A stretch of DNA of 64,000 nt from Psilocybe cubensis (lineage: Eukaryota), in the NCBI GenBank assembly GCA_017499595.2, contig CM039000.1, positions 1,612,001-1,676,000 of the forward strand, written 5' to 3'. Position numbers and translations under genes: made by a program. Within the stretch, counting starts at the first letter, position 1. Each line of letters starts with the position of its first letter. Positions 49,223 through 62,500 of this stretch are shown piece after piece. The notes under the pieces are model-generated. The model saw nothing but the letters and a program-made list of their open reading frames with translations, was not told the origin of the DNA and ran no database searches.

Positions 49223-52200
49223 ATGTTGAGACTCCTGCCCCTGGGCAGATCCTATACCACTGCGGCAGCGGCAGTCGCTCCTAAGAAAGAGGCATGGCTC
49301 TATCTTGATTCTGTCTTTCCAGTACAACTAGCCCTCTGGGAGTAAGTTCGTGGAAATTCGTCCCTGAGGCTGCTTGTTCTCAATCGCTATCATTAGCTTC
49401 CGTCATTACATCGGCATTCTACGTGAAGACAACCTTCTGAGTACGCTCGAATCCCGACTTGAAGGACTTTCTTCAGTGCACGGCTTCAAGCCACTTGAAA
49501 TTCAGCCGCACCGCAAGGATGGTGGAGTTTTTGTCCGTTTTTCGTACTCTCCGTCCAATCTGGAAGAGGGAAAGGAATGGTCTGCACTCCAGGCAGCGCT
49601 GTCAAAGGAAGTTGAAAAGCAGGGTGGTCTTCCATCATGGTCGGGTGTGCGTTCTGGGACACTATGGGTAGTGAGGGGTTCTCCTTGGAAAGAGGTGCGT
49701 TTGTCAAATGTCGCCGTCTTTCTTACGTCATAATGTCGGACAGGATATGAATCGCTTCGCTTCCCCTCTGCTCAGAGTTGCGTTCGATGGACCTGATATA
49801 CAGGAGCAATCTCTCTATGAACTATGCCGCGTAAGTGTTTCGAAAGTCCAGGAAACCATACGCTAATCCTCATTAGCCTTTTGGACGGATACGCGACCTG
49901 GCTCCTCCTACCCCAGTTCCCGCAGGCACCCTCCGCTCTTCGTTGATAAGCTTCCAACACGTCCACTCAGCGACTATCGCTCGCAATGTACTCCACGGCC
50001 TGGAAGTTCCCTCTACATCTGGGTCTGCTCCATCTAAAACGCGCATTCGCGCTCAGTATGACACTCCCGTCAAAGCTCACGACATTCGGAATTGGATGTC
50101 AAGCCACCCAAAAATCATGTTGCCCATCATCATTTTCCTTCTTGGTACCCTGACTTATACCGTCTGTGGTCTTTGTCCCTTTGAATTACCTGTGATGACG
50201 AGCCTCCTATAGATATTTGATCCCATTCGCTCTGTGATGGTAAAGGCTAAGATGCTTAATTGGTTTGACTACCGAAGTACGTTTTGTGAATCACAAACGA
50301 ACTTTGCCTCACACCCCACCCCAGAATTCAGACTTTATGAATGGCTACGCGTTAATACCGTAGACCGCCTGTCTACTCGCAATGAAACCGTTACAAAACT
50401 AGAGGAAGAGGTGTGGAAAGAACGCAAAGAAGCTGAGAGCGCGCTCAAGGGATATCTCTCGGACATGCCCAGTGAGTGAAGTCACTTTGTAATGACGACA
50501 TACTTATTCCCCAAAAAAGCAACTATCGCCTTCGTGCATGGACCTGCAGGGAGCGGCAAAATCACGATGCTTAATTCCGTACTGAAACAATCTAGGAGGA
50601 CAGCGCTCATCATCGACTGTCGTGAGCTTAATAACTCCCCATCTGACTCGTCCCTTGTCGATGATCTGGCTAAACAAACCGGTTATTGGCCGGTTTTCAA
50701 CTTTGTCAATTCTATGGGCAATCTTATAGATCTCGCCAGTGTAGGTCTCATGGGACAGAAAGGCGAGTGCAATTCCGTGTTATGCCTTCGAAAAAACAAT
50801 AAACATGCCATCAGCTGGTATCAGTAGCTCCCTTCCTGAACAACTCAAGCAAATTCTGGGCGTAGTTACAGTTGCCCTTCGTTCCGTATCATCCGTGCAT
50901 CGGGCCTCTATTCAGCGCCAGATACAAGATAGAGAAGCTGAAGAAGCGCGTCGCATCCAAGATGCGCGCAAACGTCATGCTATCATGTCAGGAACCTGGC
51001 ATGACGGTCGTCTGGATTGTATAGCAGGTAATGGAGTCATGAGTGAGCTTGGCATCGGCGATGAACTGTTCAGCGAAGATATGGAGATTACTTTATCTTC
51101 TGATGAATTCAAAAATATTTCCGAAGAGCAAGACAACACACAAAGGAAGAAAAAGGCTCTGGAAGACGTTGAAGCTATCAAAGCACTCCCAATTGTGGTC
51201 ATTCGCAATTTTGCAGCGAGCAGCTCCAGCAAAGAGGAGGTTTTGGATGTATTGTCTCAGTGGGGAGCCTCACTGACCGAAAACCACGTGCGAAACATCT
51301 TTCTACCCATTAAATTTATTCTTATTTCTTTCATAGATTGCCCACGTTGTAGTCCTCAGTGATAACCGTGAAAACTCAAAAAGGCTAGCTAAAGGTAATA
51401 TCTTGCTCTTTATGCTTCACAAATTTGACCAAAGATGAGCAGCATTGCCCACTAAGCCTCTCAGTTCCATCGCTCTTTCCGATGCAGACCCAAAAAGCTC
51501 TCTGTCCTTTGTAAAGCAGAAACTCAGTGATGCTGGAGTGGATATTGGAATATCTACACAAGAGACACACTTGGTCGAACGTCTGGGCGGCCGTGCGAGT
51601 GACCTTGAAAGCGTAAGAATATGAAAGATTATTCAGTTTAAATTACTGACTATTGTTTTTGTAGCTAATTCACAAAGTCCGGAGTGGAATGACGGTGGAG
51701 GAGGCGATTGACGATATAATCAGTCGTGGTGTAGCTGAAACACGAAAGAATGCCTTTGGGGAGGATGCAGAAGATGCAAAAAATCTACCCTGGACGCGCT
51801 ATCAGGCTTGGAAGGTGCTTAAGACACTTTCGACGAAGCCTGAGACGGGATATTACGACATTCTAGTTGACTTCCCATTCAAGGGAGACGAGAATGCTCT
51901 GCGAAGCATGGAGCATGCTGAATTGATTTCAATATCCACAAAAGACGGTATGTGGACAAGGCATTGAGATAGTACACCCTACTGATTGTGTATGGACAAT
52001 AAACAGGACGACCAAGTACAATACGACCTGGCAAACCGGTATTCCGATATGTGTTTGAACGCGTTGTCAATGGTAATTTTTCACATGAAAGCATGCTAGT
52101 CAAGGGTGTCACTGATGACATAACTAGACAAAGTATTCCGAGCCACCCAAGAACTCGCGTACAACGAAAAACAAATCTTAGATACAGAAGCGAAGATCCA

Positions 52201-52396
52201 AGGTTACGAGCAGGAATTGTCCCTACTCATAGACACTATGGAAAAGGAAAACAGGTTAGAATGGTTTATGCGACCCAGCCGATGTAGAGAGCGGACCCGT
52301 GTGGTTGGCCAAAAATTATACAGCGCGACGCGCAAGGTGGAGGAACTGGAGCATAAAAACGTGGAATTAAAGAAGATACTTAGCCAGGTGATATGA
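49223..52396 (+). CDS. YME2: Mitochondrial escape protein 2 (RRM + RNA12/AAA-like domain)
   Basis: WLYLDSVFP, RKDGGVFVRF, VRGSPWKEDMNRF, RPFGRIRD, WMSSHPKI, FDPIRS, HGPAGSGK, QTGYWPVF, LGGRASDL, GRPSTIRPGKPVFR. Confidence 0.92.
50763..50814 (+). other. GC-AG intron in YME2
   Basis: CAG AAA G|GCGAGT...CATCAG|CT GGT ATC gives GQKAGISSSL; a weaker GT(50767)-AG(50824) pair is also in frame. Confidence 0.65.
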
Positions 52397-52462
52397 CGTC
52401 ACGCGTAATGTACAATATACTATATATACCACCGCATTCCTTCCTCCATGCTTCATCTCACC

Positions 52463-53529
52463 ATGGAATCAGTTAAAGGCACATTATCTGACATCGCTCA
52501 AGAGTATGCCGTTATCTCAAAGGATGCGTTACTCTCAAACGCTTGGTCATACCCTCTTCTTGGAATCCCCTATCTTGCATCCCATCCAGCGCTGTACAAA
52601 TCAATAGCTCCAGTGATATTTAAAGCGGTACTCACCTCAGTAGGCATAACAGCGGGCCTATTTATCTTCACATATCTTCCGCAGGTCGCATTCTGTGCTC
52701 TATTCTCGGGGCCATTTGCTTTCATCACAGCAGCCTTAATGGTTTTGTCGGAAGCCTATGTCTTGGTTTCGGTGGTCTCCAAAGCTTTTTTTTTGAATAC
52801 TGCTCAGGACCGCATATGTACGCTATCCTTATTCAGCTTACCCAGCATTTATATTTGTTCTAAACACCTGGACTTCATTGTAGTCGACGCCGTTCTACTG
52901 CAACAAGGTCACCAAGCCTTGGTAGAGAGCGGAAGGCAGATCCGTTCTAGTTCAACAGGTTTTAAAGTCCTTGGGCGCTCCCTCACAAAACCTTTGGATC
53001 GGTTTTCGAAGGACGGAATTTTGAGATATGTCTTGTCTCTTCCTCTTAATTCCATTCCAGCTGTTGGGACAGTTTTGTTTCTCCTGTACAATGGTATGAC
53101 AACGTAGTGCGATGTTATATTTTATAGTAACAAGTACTAACCCTTCTGATCAGGCGCTAAAACGGGGCCTGGTTTTCACGCTCGTTACTTCCAACTAAAG
53201 AAATACGACAAGGACACTCGCCATTCCTTTGTCGAATCAAGAAGAGGTGCTTACACGGCGTAGGTTTCCGTATTGATCAGGCTTGCATGTCCAGACTCAT
53301 TTATGCCAATTCATTTAGGTTCGGCGCAACCGCGCTGGCACTCAACCTCGTGCCGGTCGTTGGACTCTTCTTTAACATCACGTCGACTATTGGTGCAGCT
53401 CTTTGGGCACACAATCTCGAGAAGACTGGTGCAACTGCGGAGGGCACTGGCCGAAAAGTCGACAGCGTTGGGCAATCTGCTCATGATATCCAGATGAGAG
53501 ATCAATATGAAGTCAGTTTGGAAAATTAA
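52463..53529 (+). CDS. EI24-domain membrane protein (Lds/Rrt8-like); alternative in-frame ATG at 52448
   Basis: AWSYPLLGIPY, LFIFTYLPQ, LPLNSIPAVG, GPGFHARYFQLK, AYTAFGATALALNLVPVVGLFFNITSTIGAALWA. Confidence 0.8.
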
Positions 53530-54345
53530 AGTGGATAGCGTGTTCGGGGCAAGATATACAATTTTGTATAATTAGCATTTAGATCTGTGTTCATTAAACC
53601 ACTTGTAGCATGCGATTGTTGTTTCAATCTGTTAAATGGTTGCGTCTGCTTCAACAACCAACTACCCTAACTTTGATCCAGCGAAACTACACGCCTGTTG
53701 TGCACAGAGAAATTTATCATTTGGACATCAAGTAAGAACGGAAATTTTCCATTGTGCTAGGAGATGATTGCACTGTCCAGCGTCATAAATTGGCCCCTAT
53801 TTCAGAAGCCTATGCCACTATTTGAATGCAAAATATATGGAAATATATGGGTTGCATAATCTCACAGGTAATTCGACGACAGAACAGTGGGCTTTTATTT
53901 TTGGTATCTTACTGGACAGATTGAATCCGGTCTGAGACAGATACGGAGGGCTCTGAACAGTTGGCAGGACACCGAGTCAGCCGAAATGGCCACTGTACAT
54001 CATACTGGATACCAATGCTCGACCACTCGATATTCATCCTGGACACTTGTCGTGCTGGACGTTAATGAAGAGATCACGGAGATACTTGGGGACAATGTGT
54101 GCCAAATAGCAGGGACGAGGTTAAATGATGCCAAATGGTGTAAAGGCTGTCACAGCGCACTACTCGGTGACCATCAACAGTTTGCAACTTTCAAACAGAA
54201 CTATTATGACTTGTTAAATATACCCTTCTATTCTACATATCACTAATACCCTCCTTTGTCATTCACGACCATCGTTGCCTTCTTGTTGCGGCCAAATCAT
54301 ACATCCTGGGAACTCGCCAACCCCCCACCCCATATCGCGCCCAAG

Positions 54346-55293
54346 ATGTCGAGATATTCTCGAATATTTCTTCGACCAAAAGATTCATGGACCATCGAAT
54401 CAAGCTCCAAAATATCTACCAGCGTAGAACCAGGCAGTTCAAGTAGTCCCGGGTTCTCGTATCCACCCAGTAGCTTGCCTTCGCATGATCCAGATTCTCC
54501 TTACGCCATGTCGTCGCCCGCACCCCATCCATATACGCTCGGCGCTGCGATACGCTCTCCCATTGAGACATCAAGTAGAGAGGGTACAAATACCACAAAT
54601 CACGATCAAGCACCTACCAACACCAGTGATTACCACAACATTACCGAAAAACCTCCAGAAAGTCCTGGCATGGGTGTTCAATACCCGCGAAACGAGATTC
54701 CCATATCCTCCAACGATTCCCGTTCGCCACCACGACCTCTACACCTACGTCCAGCGATCCTTCTTTTTATTTTCCTTCCAGTGCCGCCGCTATTATCTTT
54801 AATTTATATGATTATCGGCCATGCTATCCTTCGAGCTTCCAAATCATCACCGGACTCCATATTTCAATCTCCCCTTTTATCTTCCATAGAGGCAGGTGCT
54901 ACAGGCGGAGTTATCCTGTCGTTGCCTATAGCTCTTCTACTTTACATTCTGGTCATTCCTTCAAGGCCTACCACTGCTCCAGAGGATTTTTTCGACGACG
55001 ATAACTCCAGTACGTTGAGACAAGCGAGGTACATCCGACGTTTGGGTTACGTTGTATCGGCTCTTCTCGTTTTGTGCATAGGTGGCCTGGCAGGCCCGCT
55101 TGGAGTAACATGCCTATCGAACGGAACATTGGACTCCTTCGTTGGCAATAAGAAACTTCTTAGCACAGGCGCCGCCGCCGCCGCCGGATTCCTTGGGGGA
55201 GTCATCATAACCTTTGGCGCGTTGACGCTATGTATCATTGGCATGGCTACATGGACAATTTCGATGCGACGCAAACATCAACGAGCATCCTAA
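54346..55293 (+). CDS. Intronless hypothetical protein: Ser/Pro-rich N-terminus plus ~4 TM helices
   Basis: Uninterrupted 315-codon ORF from ATG 54346 with four Gly/Ala-rich hydrophobic segments and an acidic loop (PEDFFDDD). Confidence 0.72.
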   Translation: MSRYSRIFLRPKDSWTIESSSKISTSVEPGSSSSPGFSYPPSSLPSHDPDSPYAMSSPAPHPYTLGAAIRSPIETSSREGTNTTNHDQAPTNTSDYHNITEKPPESPGMGVQYPRNEIPISSNDSRSPPRPLHLRPAILLFIFLPVPPLLSLIYMIIGHAILRASKSSPDSIFQSPLLSSIEAGATGGVILSLPIALLLYILVIPSRPTTAPEDFFDDDNSSTLRQARYIRRLGYVVSALLVLCIGGLAGPLGVTCLSNGTLDSFVGNKKLLSTGAAAAAGFLGGVIITFGALTLCIIGMATWTISMRRKHQRAS

Positions 55294-55805
55294 GCGTTTG
55301 CATGACATTTATTTATTTATTCGCTTTTTTCGTTTGTTCGAACAGCCTATCTTTCACGGTCCTCACGATCTGTACTGATTTCAAAGATTTATACCGTCTT
55401 TCACGCCCGTGTAGCCTATTTCCATGTGCTCAGTCTTATATACCCTCACCACCCTACCGACCAACCATGTCTCTGATGACATTCATTTTCGTGTATTTGC
55501 TTTCCCCACTTATTACACACGCATCGGAAACTGTATACAGGCTGTTAACACGGACCATTATTGTAGGTGCAAGCTCTTAAACATGCGGGGTTGTGGTGCT
55601 ACACGACCAGGCATGTATGTAGAAAGAGTGTAAATTTTGCTCATGGCATAAACATGAATGCGACGAAAAAATACAATTGATTAATAGTGAAAGACAATCC
55701 AGCGGTTATGATATTAGAGGCCAAGTGTGATAGATGTTGGGTATAAAAATGGAGTAAAGGAAAACATGCAAGTGCGTTAGTCGTTGTGAGTGTGTTCCTG
55801 GGTCA

Positions 55806-58800
55806 TTAAGATCTATACATCCCTGTCATGAAAATTGAACTCGAAATTGAATATCGTGACCCCTGTCTAAAAGGCGCGTCCCCGTAATGTTGACTGTATA
55901 CCGTATGGATTCTGAAGAAACCAATATATGATCAATGAAAAAAGCTTCATCGATTGACACTCCTACCTTATTTCGCTCCAGACTTAAAAAGCTGGTTTTG
56001 TCAGTTTGCGTTCTATTCTGTAGATGACTGCGAGCCGTCTTCATTCCCATGGTATGTATAGCGCTCAACATCAACTCTTGTTCGCGCCGATACCTTCTTT
56101 GAGACTCCTGCATCATCCGCTACAGCAAAGGGCTCACACGTTAGTTGTAATTCAAATACCAGACAACTCAGTAGACATACTTGTTGGCGTGCAAGATCGT
56201 CTTCCAGAATCTTGATTTGAGAACGGAAACTGGCTTCGGCTTCTTCGAATGTCCCTTTCTGTAATTTGATACACATTGATAAGGAGAGACATGTCATATA
56301 GAAATTATAAATACCGAGACAAGTGCAGCCCTTGCAGCTTCATCCTCTTTGTATCGCTTGTCTTGTTGCTTAACAAACTTTAAGAAAAGGTAAGGGACCA
56401 GCACGAATTGTGAAAGCATATCATGACTTGCCTGTCTAGCTTTGGCTAACTTTTCGCCTATATCCTTGTTAGCCAGCTTGAGGTTCAAGTTCTCCTCATG
56501 CATTGCTAGCAACTTCTGTTTGACGTCCTCTGGAATATCTTTGCCCGCCAGTGTTGCCCGGAGGTCTCTGATTTTGGATTACTTGTTTAGTTCATCTGTA
56601 TGGGATACTGATATCAAATACACACCCAAAGTCGCGTTCACGCTGCAACATCTTTTCTCGCTGCCCGATGCCCTCGTTCTGCAGATTGACCTTCTCGAGG
56701 AGAAGAGCATTGACTTGCTCTAATTGCATACGATTCTTTTCGCTCAACTCTTTATTCGCCTTCTTTAGGCGCTCTAGGTCGGCTTCGAGCTCAATTTTAT
56801 CCTCGTTAACAGATTCTCTGAGACTGGCGAGAATATCGAGTTGATCTTTGTTGACGAGAGTCACTGCAATTCAATTGCTCATTAGCACACATTGATAGAA
56901 TAGAGTTATCGTGCATACAATCTGATTTGGTAATTGTCAGTTCACGTTCCATGGTTTCATATTTAACTTCAAGTTCAGCATGCTCCTTCCTCAGAGCTTC
57001 ATATTGATCCACAGTTTCGTTTAAACGTTGTCTTAGAGCAATGGCGGCCTTAGCCCTGCAAAAGGAGAAAATGACGTTGAGCTAGAACGGATAGAACACA
57101 TATGCACTAACTTACCCATCTCCGAGAGACTTCCCGCTCCGGATTTCCTCTAAGTCGCGTTGCAGAATCAATTTTTCCCGATGGGCTGTAAGATAATCGC
57201 TTTCATATCGTGCCTTCATCCGATTAGCGTCTTCCAGTAAATTTTCCAACACCAACATTTTACTAGCGTCGGCCTCATTTTTTTTGACAGCCTCCAGCTC
57301 CCGCGTCAATTTGCGAATCTGCAGCTTAAGATCTGTCATAGTCGTTCCTGTGATGGCGTCGTCCAATTCACCGCCGAGACCTTGCCCATGGGACTCGTCA
57401 CCATCTACATCCTCATCAACAGCAGATCTTGGTTGTTCGTTGAGCTCCGAAGACAACACTTCCGCTACGCCCTGGTCAATGCCCGGAGATTTCAGTCCAC
57501 TTCCGGTGACACCTCTGGCTCTCGATGACGAAGATAATTCAAGTTCTCGAACACGCTCTTGATAAAGCTCCAAAGCCTCTGCATCCTTCGCTCGTTCTGC
57601 AAGAGCAATCCTGAGCTTGGTCCGACTTTGCTCTAGTTCGAAATTCAAAGTATTGATTTCTTGGCTCCGGGAGGAATTTTTCGTTTCAAGGTCCAGAATT
57701 TGTGTCTTATATGATTCCATAAGAGGCTTAAAGGCTGCTACTTTACGGTACTCTTCTTCAAGAGACGCGTTTTTGTCAACGAGATCTGCATTTTGCTTCT
57801 CCAGCGCCTGATACAAATAAGTTGATGATATCAATTATTGCATACTAGGCTGATACACACCTTGACGTGTTGACGGAGATCAGCACCTTCTTGCAACTTC
57901 TTTTTGTACTTTTCCATCACATTCTCGGTCTTTTGCAGCTTATCAGCCGCGTGTCGATATCTGTGATGTGCGATTGATATCAGAACCACAAGAAAGAGAT
58001 GGATTAAATACGTACTCATCGAGCTTGTCCTTCAGTTTTTCTGCTTCGTCAGCCTGAATTTGAAGTTCATCAACCTTGCGCGTCAAGTCAGTGATCAGCG
58101 TTGTGTGCTTGTCCAATTCAGATTCAGCCATCGCCAGGTTGTCTTCACTCTTCTGTCTGACAGTATTCGTATAAGTCAATCTGAATTTTCACAAGTAAAG
58201 ATCTTACAGCTCCGCCCGTAACCTATCTATCTCTGTCCGCATCATAACATCCGCCTTGTCGTTGCGCCTTGTATCGGTTTCGCGCTGGAGTTGCCTTAAT
58301 TGAGCCTGTGCCTCCTCTTTCTCGTGCAGAACGTCGTCGTGAGAGGTTTGCAATGCGCGATGCTCCTCTAAAAGCGTTTGATACACTTTCTCTAAGGTTT
58401 CTTTCTCTGAAAATATCTGGCTTCGTTCGGATTGAATCCTGTAATAATGATCATCTCTGGGGTTGATGGGTTAGTGAAAGTGAGTGATAAAGGAAAGCAT
58501 TTGGCGAACTCAGTCATATTGGCCTCGGTAAGATCGTGTGCTCCCGGCGCGACTGCAATCTTGGCCATAACCTGTGAGGAATTATCTCAATAAACCATTG
58601 TTTGCGAAATGTTCGCCATTACGTGGAGGGCACGAACTTACCTGTTCAATGGCCTTCATCAGATGATGCTGATCCGTCTCACTCAACCCTTGGATTTTGT
58701 CAATGAAGTCTTTATTCTTTTCACACTGTACGCCAATGGCGATTGTAAGGCGACACATAGCGAGGGTTGCCGCTAGATTATTGTCTTTGGCAATAGCTTG

Positions 58801-59153
58801 CAGGTCAGGGACATCGAGGCTGCTAGTGGGCTTTTGTAATACATCGGCAAAGTATTGGGTCATGAGACGGTAGAGACGCTTTAACGAGCTGAAGCGCAGG
58901 ACCCAGTTCTCAGATGGCTGAGCAGAAGGGCGAGAAGGCTGACGAAAGTATTCATCGTCACTATGATAAGACGTGGATTAGCGATTAAAACAGTGGATGT
59001 ACGACTCTTGGTGACGCACACAAGGGAGAGAACTTCGAAGAGCGCAGCGCCGTCTGCGAGATCTGCAACAGTCGTTACTGGCCGTGCTAAGTCGAATGTG
59101 GCGAAGAAGTTGAAGAAAGCATCAACCTCCTTTCTCTGAGAGAACTCTGACAT
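55806..59153 (-). CDS. Hook-family dynein adaptor (Hok1/HookA-like)
   Basis: VADLADGAALFEVL, NWVLRFSSLKRLY, VPDLQAIA, IQGLSETDQHHLMKAIEQV Hook domain; long coiled coil; REQELMLSAIH near the C-terminus. Last exon and stop uncertain. Confidence 0.88.
56378..56431 (-). other. GC-AG intron in Hook (54 nt, stop-free)
   Basis: AGA CAG|GCAAGT...TTAAAG|TTT GTT AAG restores KLAKARQFVKQQD. Confidence 0.8.
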
Positions 59154-59500
59154 CGAGCCCCAGTGGAATACACGGCTTCGAGAATTAAGGAGTATACACT
59201 TGAAGAGGATGGTTGTGATGCCCGACTTATTCCCTTACGTAATAATGGAGGCAGTATGATCCTGTCAAACATAGTGATGCAATCCACACACTCCTTTGAT
59301 CCCCGCAATTCACAGCCTGGATTCTCGTCTATGCTACAAAGGTCCCTTTGTAACTTGGTCATGGGTACTCACGGATCGTCCTCGTGCCCATTCATAAAGG
59401 GCCGTGTGCCACTCAGGCGATATCATGAGTGCGTACAGTGGTGGGCGTCTAATTGCTTGTCTCCCTCACACCCCTTGCGTCCTACACCTACTCGACTATC

Positions 59501-62500
59501 ATGAGCGACCGCGGCATGCATAGAGGTGGAGGTTCTCGTGGAAGAGGTGGCGATACTCGTGGTCGTGGCTTTGATCGTGGAGGCGGCGGCGGAGGTCGAG
59601 GTCGAGGGGGAAGCCCCAGTGGACCCCTCATCTTTCAAGAAAACACGCCTGTCCAAGTGCCACCTAGGCTCGCCGATTCTTCTCTTCAGCAGCTAATCAC
59701 CAATTTTAAATCCATGAAGGTAGCTCCAGATCGTCCCGTTCGACCTGGATATGGCACCAAGGGAACACCCATTATGCTTAGGGCCAATTTTTTTCCAGTG
59801 AGGGTTCCCCAAGGCCCTATATATGACTATGTCGTCGAGATATCTCCCTCACCTACCAAGGCCGTAGATAAGATCAAGATTCGTCTTTTTGAGCTTTTGG
59901 AAAACACTCCGGCTTGTCAACAACATTTGCCTTACATTGCGCATGATCGAAGTCAGAGGCTTGTGTCTGCAAAGAAACTTCCACAACCACTTGATATACT
60001 CGTCCCGTTTGTTGAGGATGGTGCGACGGGACCTGCTCCCAACGCCCAAGTTTACACGATTTCCATCAAGTTTGAAAGGGAGTTAGACACTCGCCAGTTA
60101 GTAACGTGCGTGTAATCAATGTTTTAATTACCTGCACAATGTGTTAAGATGACTATCTATTTTGGCTATCAGTTATATGGAAGGGCAACCCTCGTGGCGC
60201 GACTATGATCCCCTTCCACTAATTTCTGCACTCAACCTTGTTCTACAGCAGCATGCAAATCGGGTCGGAATACGCGTTGGGAAAAGCAAGTACTTCTTTC
60301 CCGCTTCTACTGAAGCACATCATCTTGGGCCCGGACTTCAAGCAATACAAGGGTTTTATGCGTCCGTGCGCCCTGCTTACAAGCAACTAATGGTCAACGT
60401 GTAAGTAGGTTCATTCTGCTCATGGAAACTTACTTATACAATTATGCAGAAATGCATGCATGTCTGCCTTTATCACTCCAGGGAACCTGGCGGATAGACT
60501 CCAAGAGTTTAACACCAACAGTAGGGGTGGTATGCCCACTTTACCCAAGGGAATGATTAAAAGCATCAGGGTCAGAACGCTTCACCTTGGATACAAGAAG
60601 AAACTCGATAGCTTTGGAAATGGTTCTGCTCGGAATACTACCTTCAATTGCGAGGAATTTGGTGGTAAAATCTCCGTAGAACAGTATTTTTTAAAAAGTG
60701 GGCATTGCTTTTGTCTATCTCACCGACGAGAAATCTCATGATGGACCTGCTAGAATACAAGAAGAAATTGAGATACCCTACAGAGCTTCCTGTCGCTAAT
60801 CTTGGCACTGTGCACAAACCAAACTGGGTTCCCGCTGAACTGTGTCTCATTGAGCCTGGCAATGTTTACCTAGAGAAACTAAGCGACAGAGAAACAGCCG
60901 CGATGATCAAATACGCCTGTAACATCCCTCGAGTCAACGCAGACGCCATTGTTCAGCGCGGATTCCCCTCCCTAGGTCTGGGTCCTGCAGTCTCGCCCAT
61001 CACCGGCTTTGGTATGGCAGTCGACAGTGCGATGACCGGCGTTCCCGGGCGCGAGCTGCCACCCCCACGACTGACCTACAAAGCTGGGCAAGCGCGTGTT
61101 CAGAACGGCAGCTGGAACATCCTCGACGTTAAATTTCATCAGGGTGCGAACATTGCGAGCTGGTGGGTGCTCGTCATCAGGGATGGCAAGGGTAGGATCA
61201 CTGGCCCGGATGATCCCAACCTGCGCGGGCTGGTAATGGGGTTCAAGGATAAATTGGCGGCGAGTGGTATGGCTGTACCGTTCAGCATGCCTCAGTTGCT
61301 GCCACCTGCGCTTTTGCCTGATCCACAACAGGATCCAGAAAGGCTCAATGCACTGAATGTTGTTCGACAAATCTTCAGAAACACCTTGGCTCAGAAACCC
61401 AAACCCAGTTTCGTTCTAGTCCTCTTGGAAAACCGGGATAATTACATATATCCTGGAATCAAGGTGTTTATAATTTCTTCTTGAATGTATTGCGTATGTC
61501 TGCTCACACAAATAACACCAGAGAATCGGAGATGTTGAAATGGGATTGAACACTATACACATGCAGCTTGACAAGGCCCTGAACGACCCAAAGAAACAGG
61601 ACCAATACTTCTCCAACGTAGCGCTGAAGGTGAACACAAAGCTGGGCGGGATCAATCATTTGGTATACAATAAATGTCTTTCTTCGGGATGTAACTTATT
61701 TGTTATCACATCATAGCTCGATGACAAATCTATGGCATGGTTGAACAAGGTACCGACGATGATGGTTGGAATCGACGTCACACATCCAGGCCGAGGAAGC
61801 AAGGCAGGGACACCATCCATCGCAGCAGTTGTTGCCAATACGGACAGAAATTTTGTGCAATTTCCTGCGAGCATGCGCGTTCAGCGGTCGAAGAAAGAGG
61901 TATTTAGACGCGTCGTTTTCTTGAAGCTCATACTCATTATCTTGTTGTTTTGGGTAGATGCTGGATGAATTATCTGCCATGCTGATCGAGCGACTCCAAA
62001 CTTTCGAGAAGAAAAACAGGGGCATTCTGCCTGCAAGGATCATTGTTTACCGTGATGGTGTCTCCGAGGTTTTTATTCTTTATTTACTCGTCGGCGTATC
62101 TCCGTTGACAATTTTGTTAGGGTCAATACGAAACGGTACTGCAGGAAGAACTTCCCCAGATTCTCGATGCCTTCAAAAGGCTGAGTACCAAGGACCGCTC
62201 TGCATACAGGCCGAAATTGTCCATAATTATATGCGGGTGTGTTCTTTGCTTCATATTAAAAACTGGTGTTAATTTGCGCTTGCTTTAGGAAGCGACACCA
62301 TGCAAGGTAAGGGCTCTGCCACTTTGATTTTTCCACTTGACTAACACTTTATTTTATTTAGATTTTACCCTACCAATTCGCAGTTCGCCGACAGAAACGG
62401 GAACACGCGACCAGGAACTGTTGTGGACAAAGGAATCACAGGAGTGTGAGTCGCCATACGAGCATACACAAGCAATAAATACCTCATAGCTATTATTATC

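Noticed and set aside
53831..53850. AAATATATGG x2 direct repeat
   Set aside because: Short AT-rich duplication with no associated element, plausibly chance or slippage.
59425..59523. Out-of-frame uORF overlapping the Argonaute start
   Set aside because: Its ATG lies upstream of the pyrimidine-rich tract where transcription probably starts; cannot be supported without TSS data.
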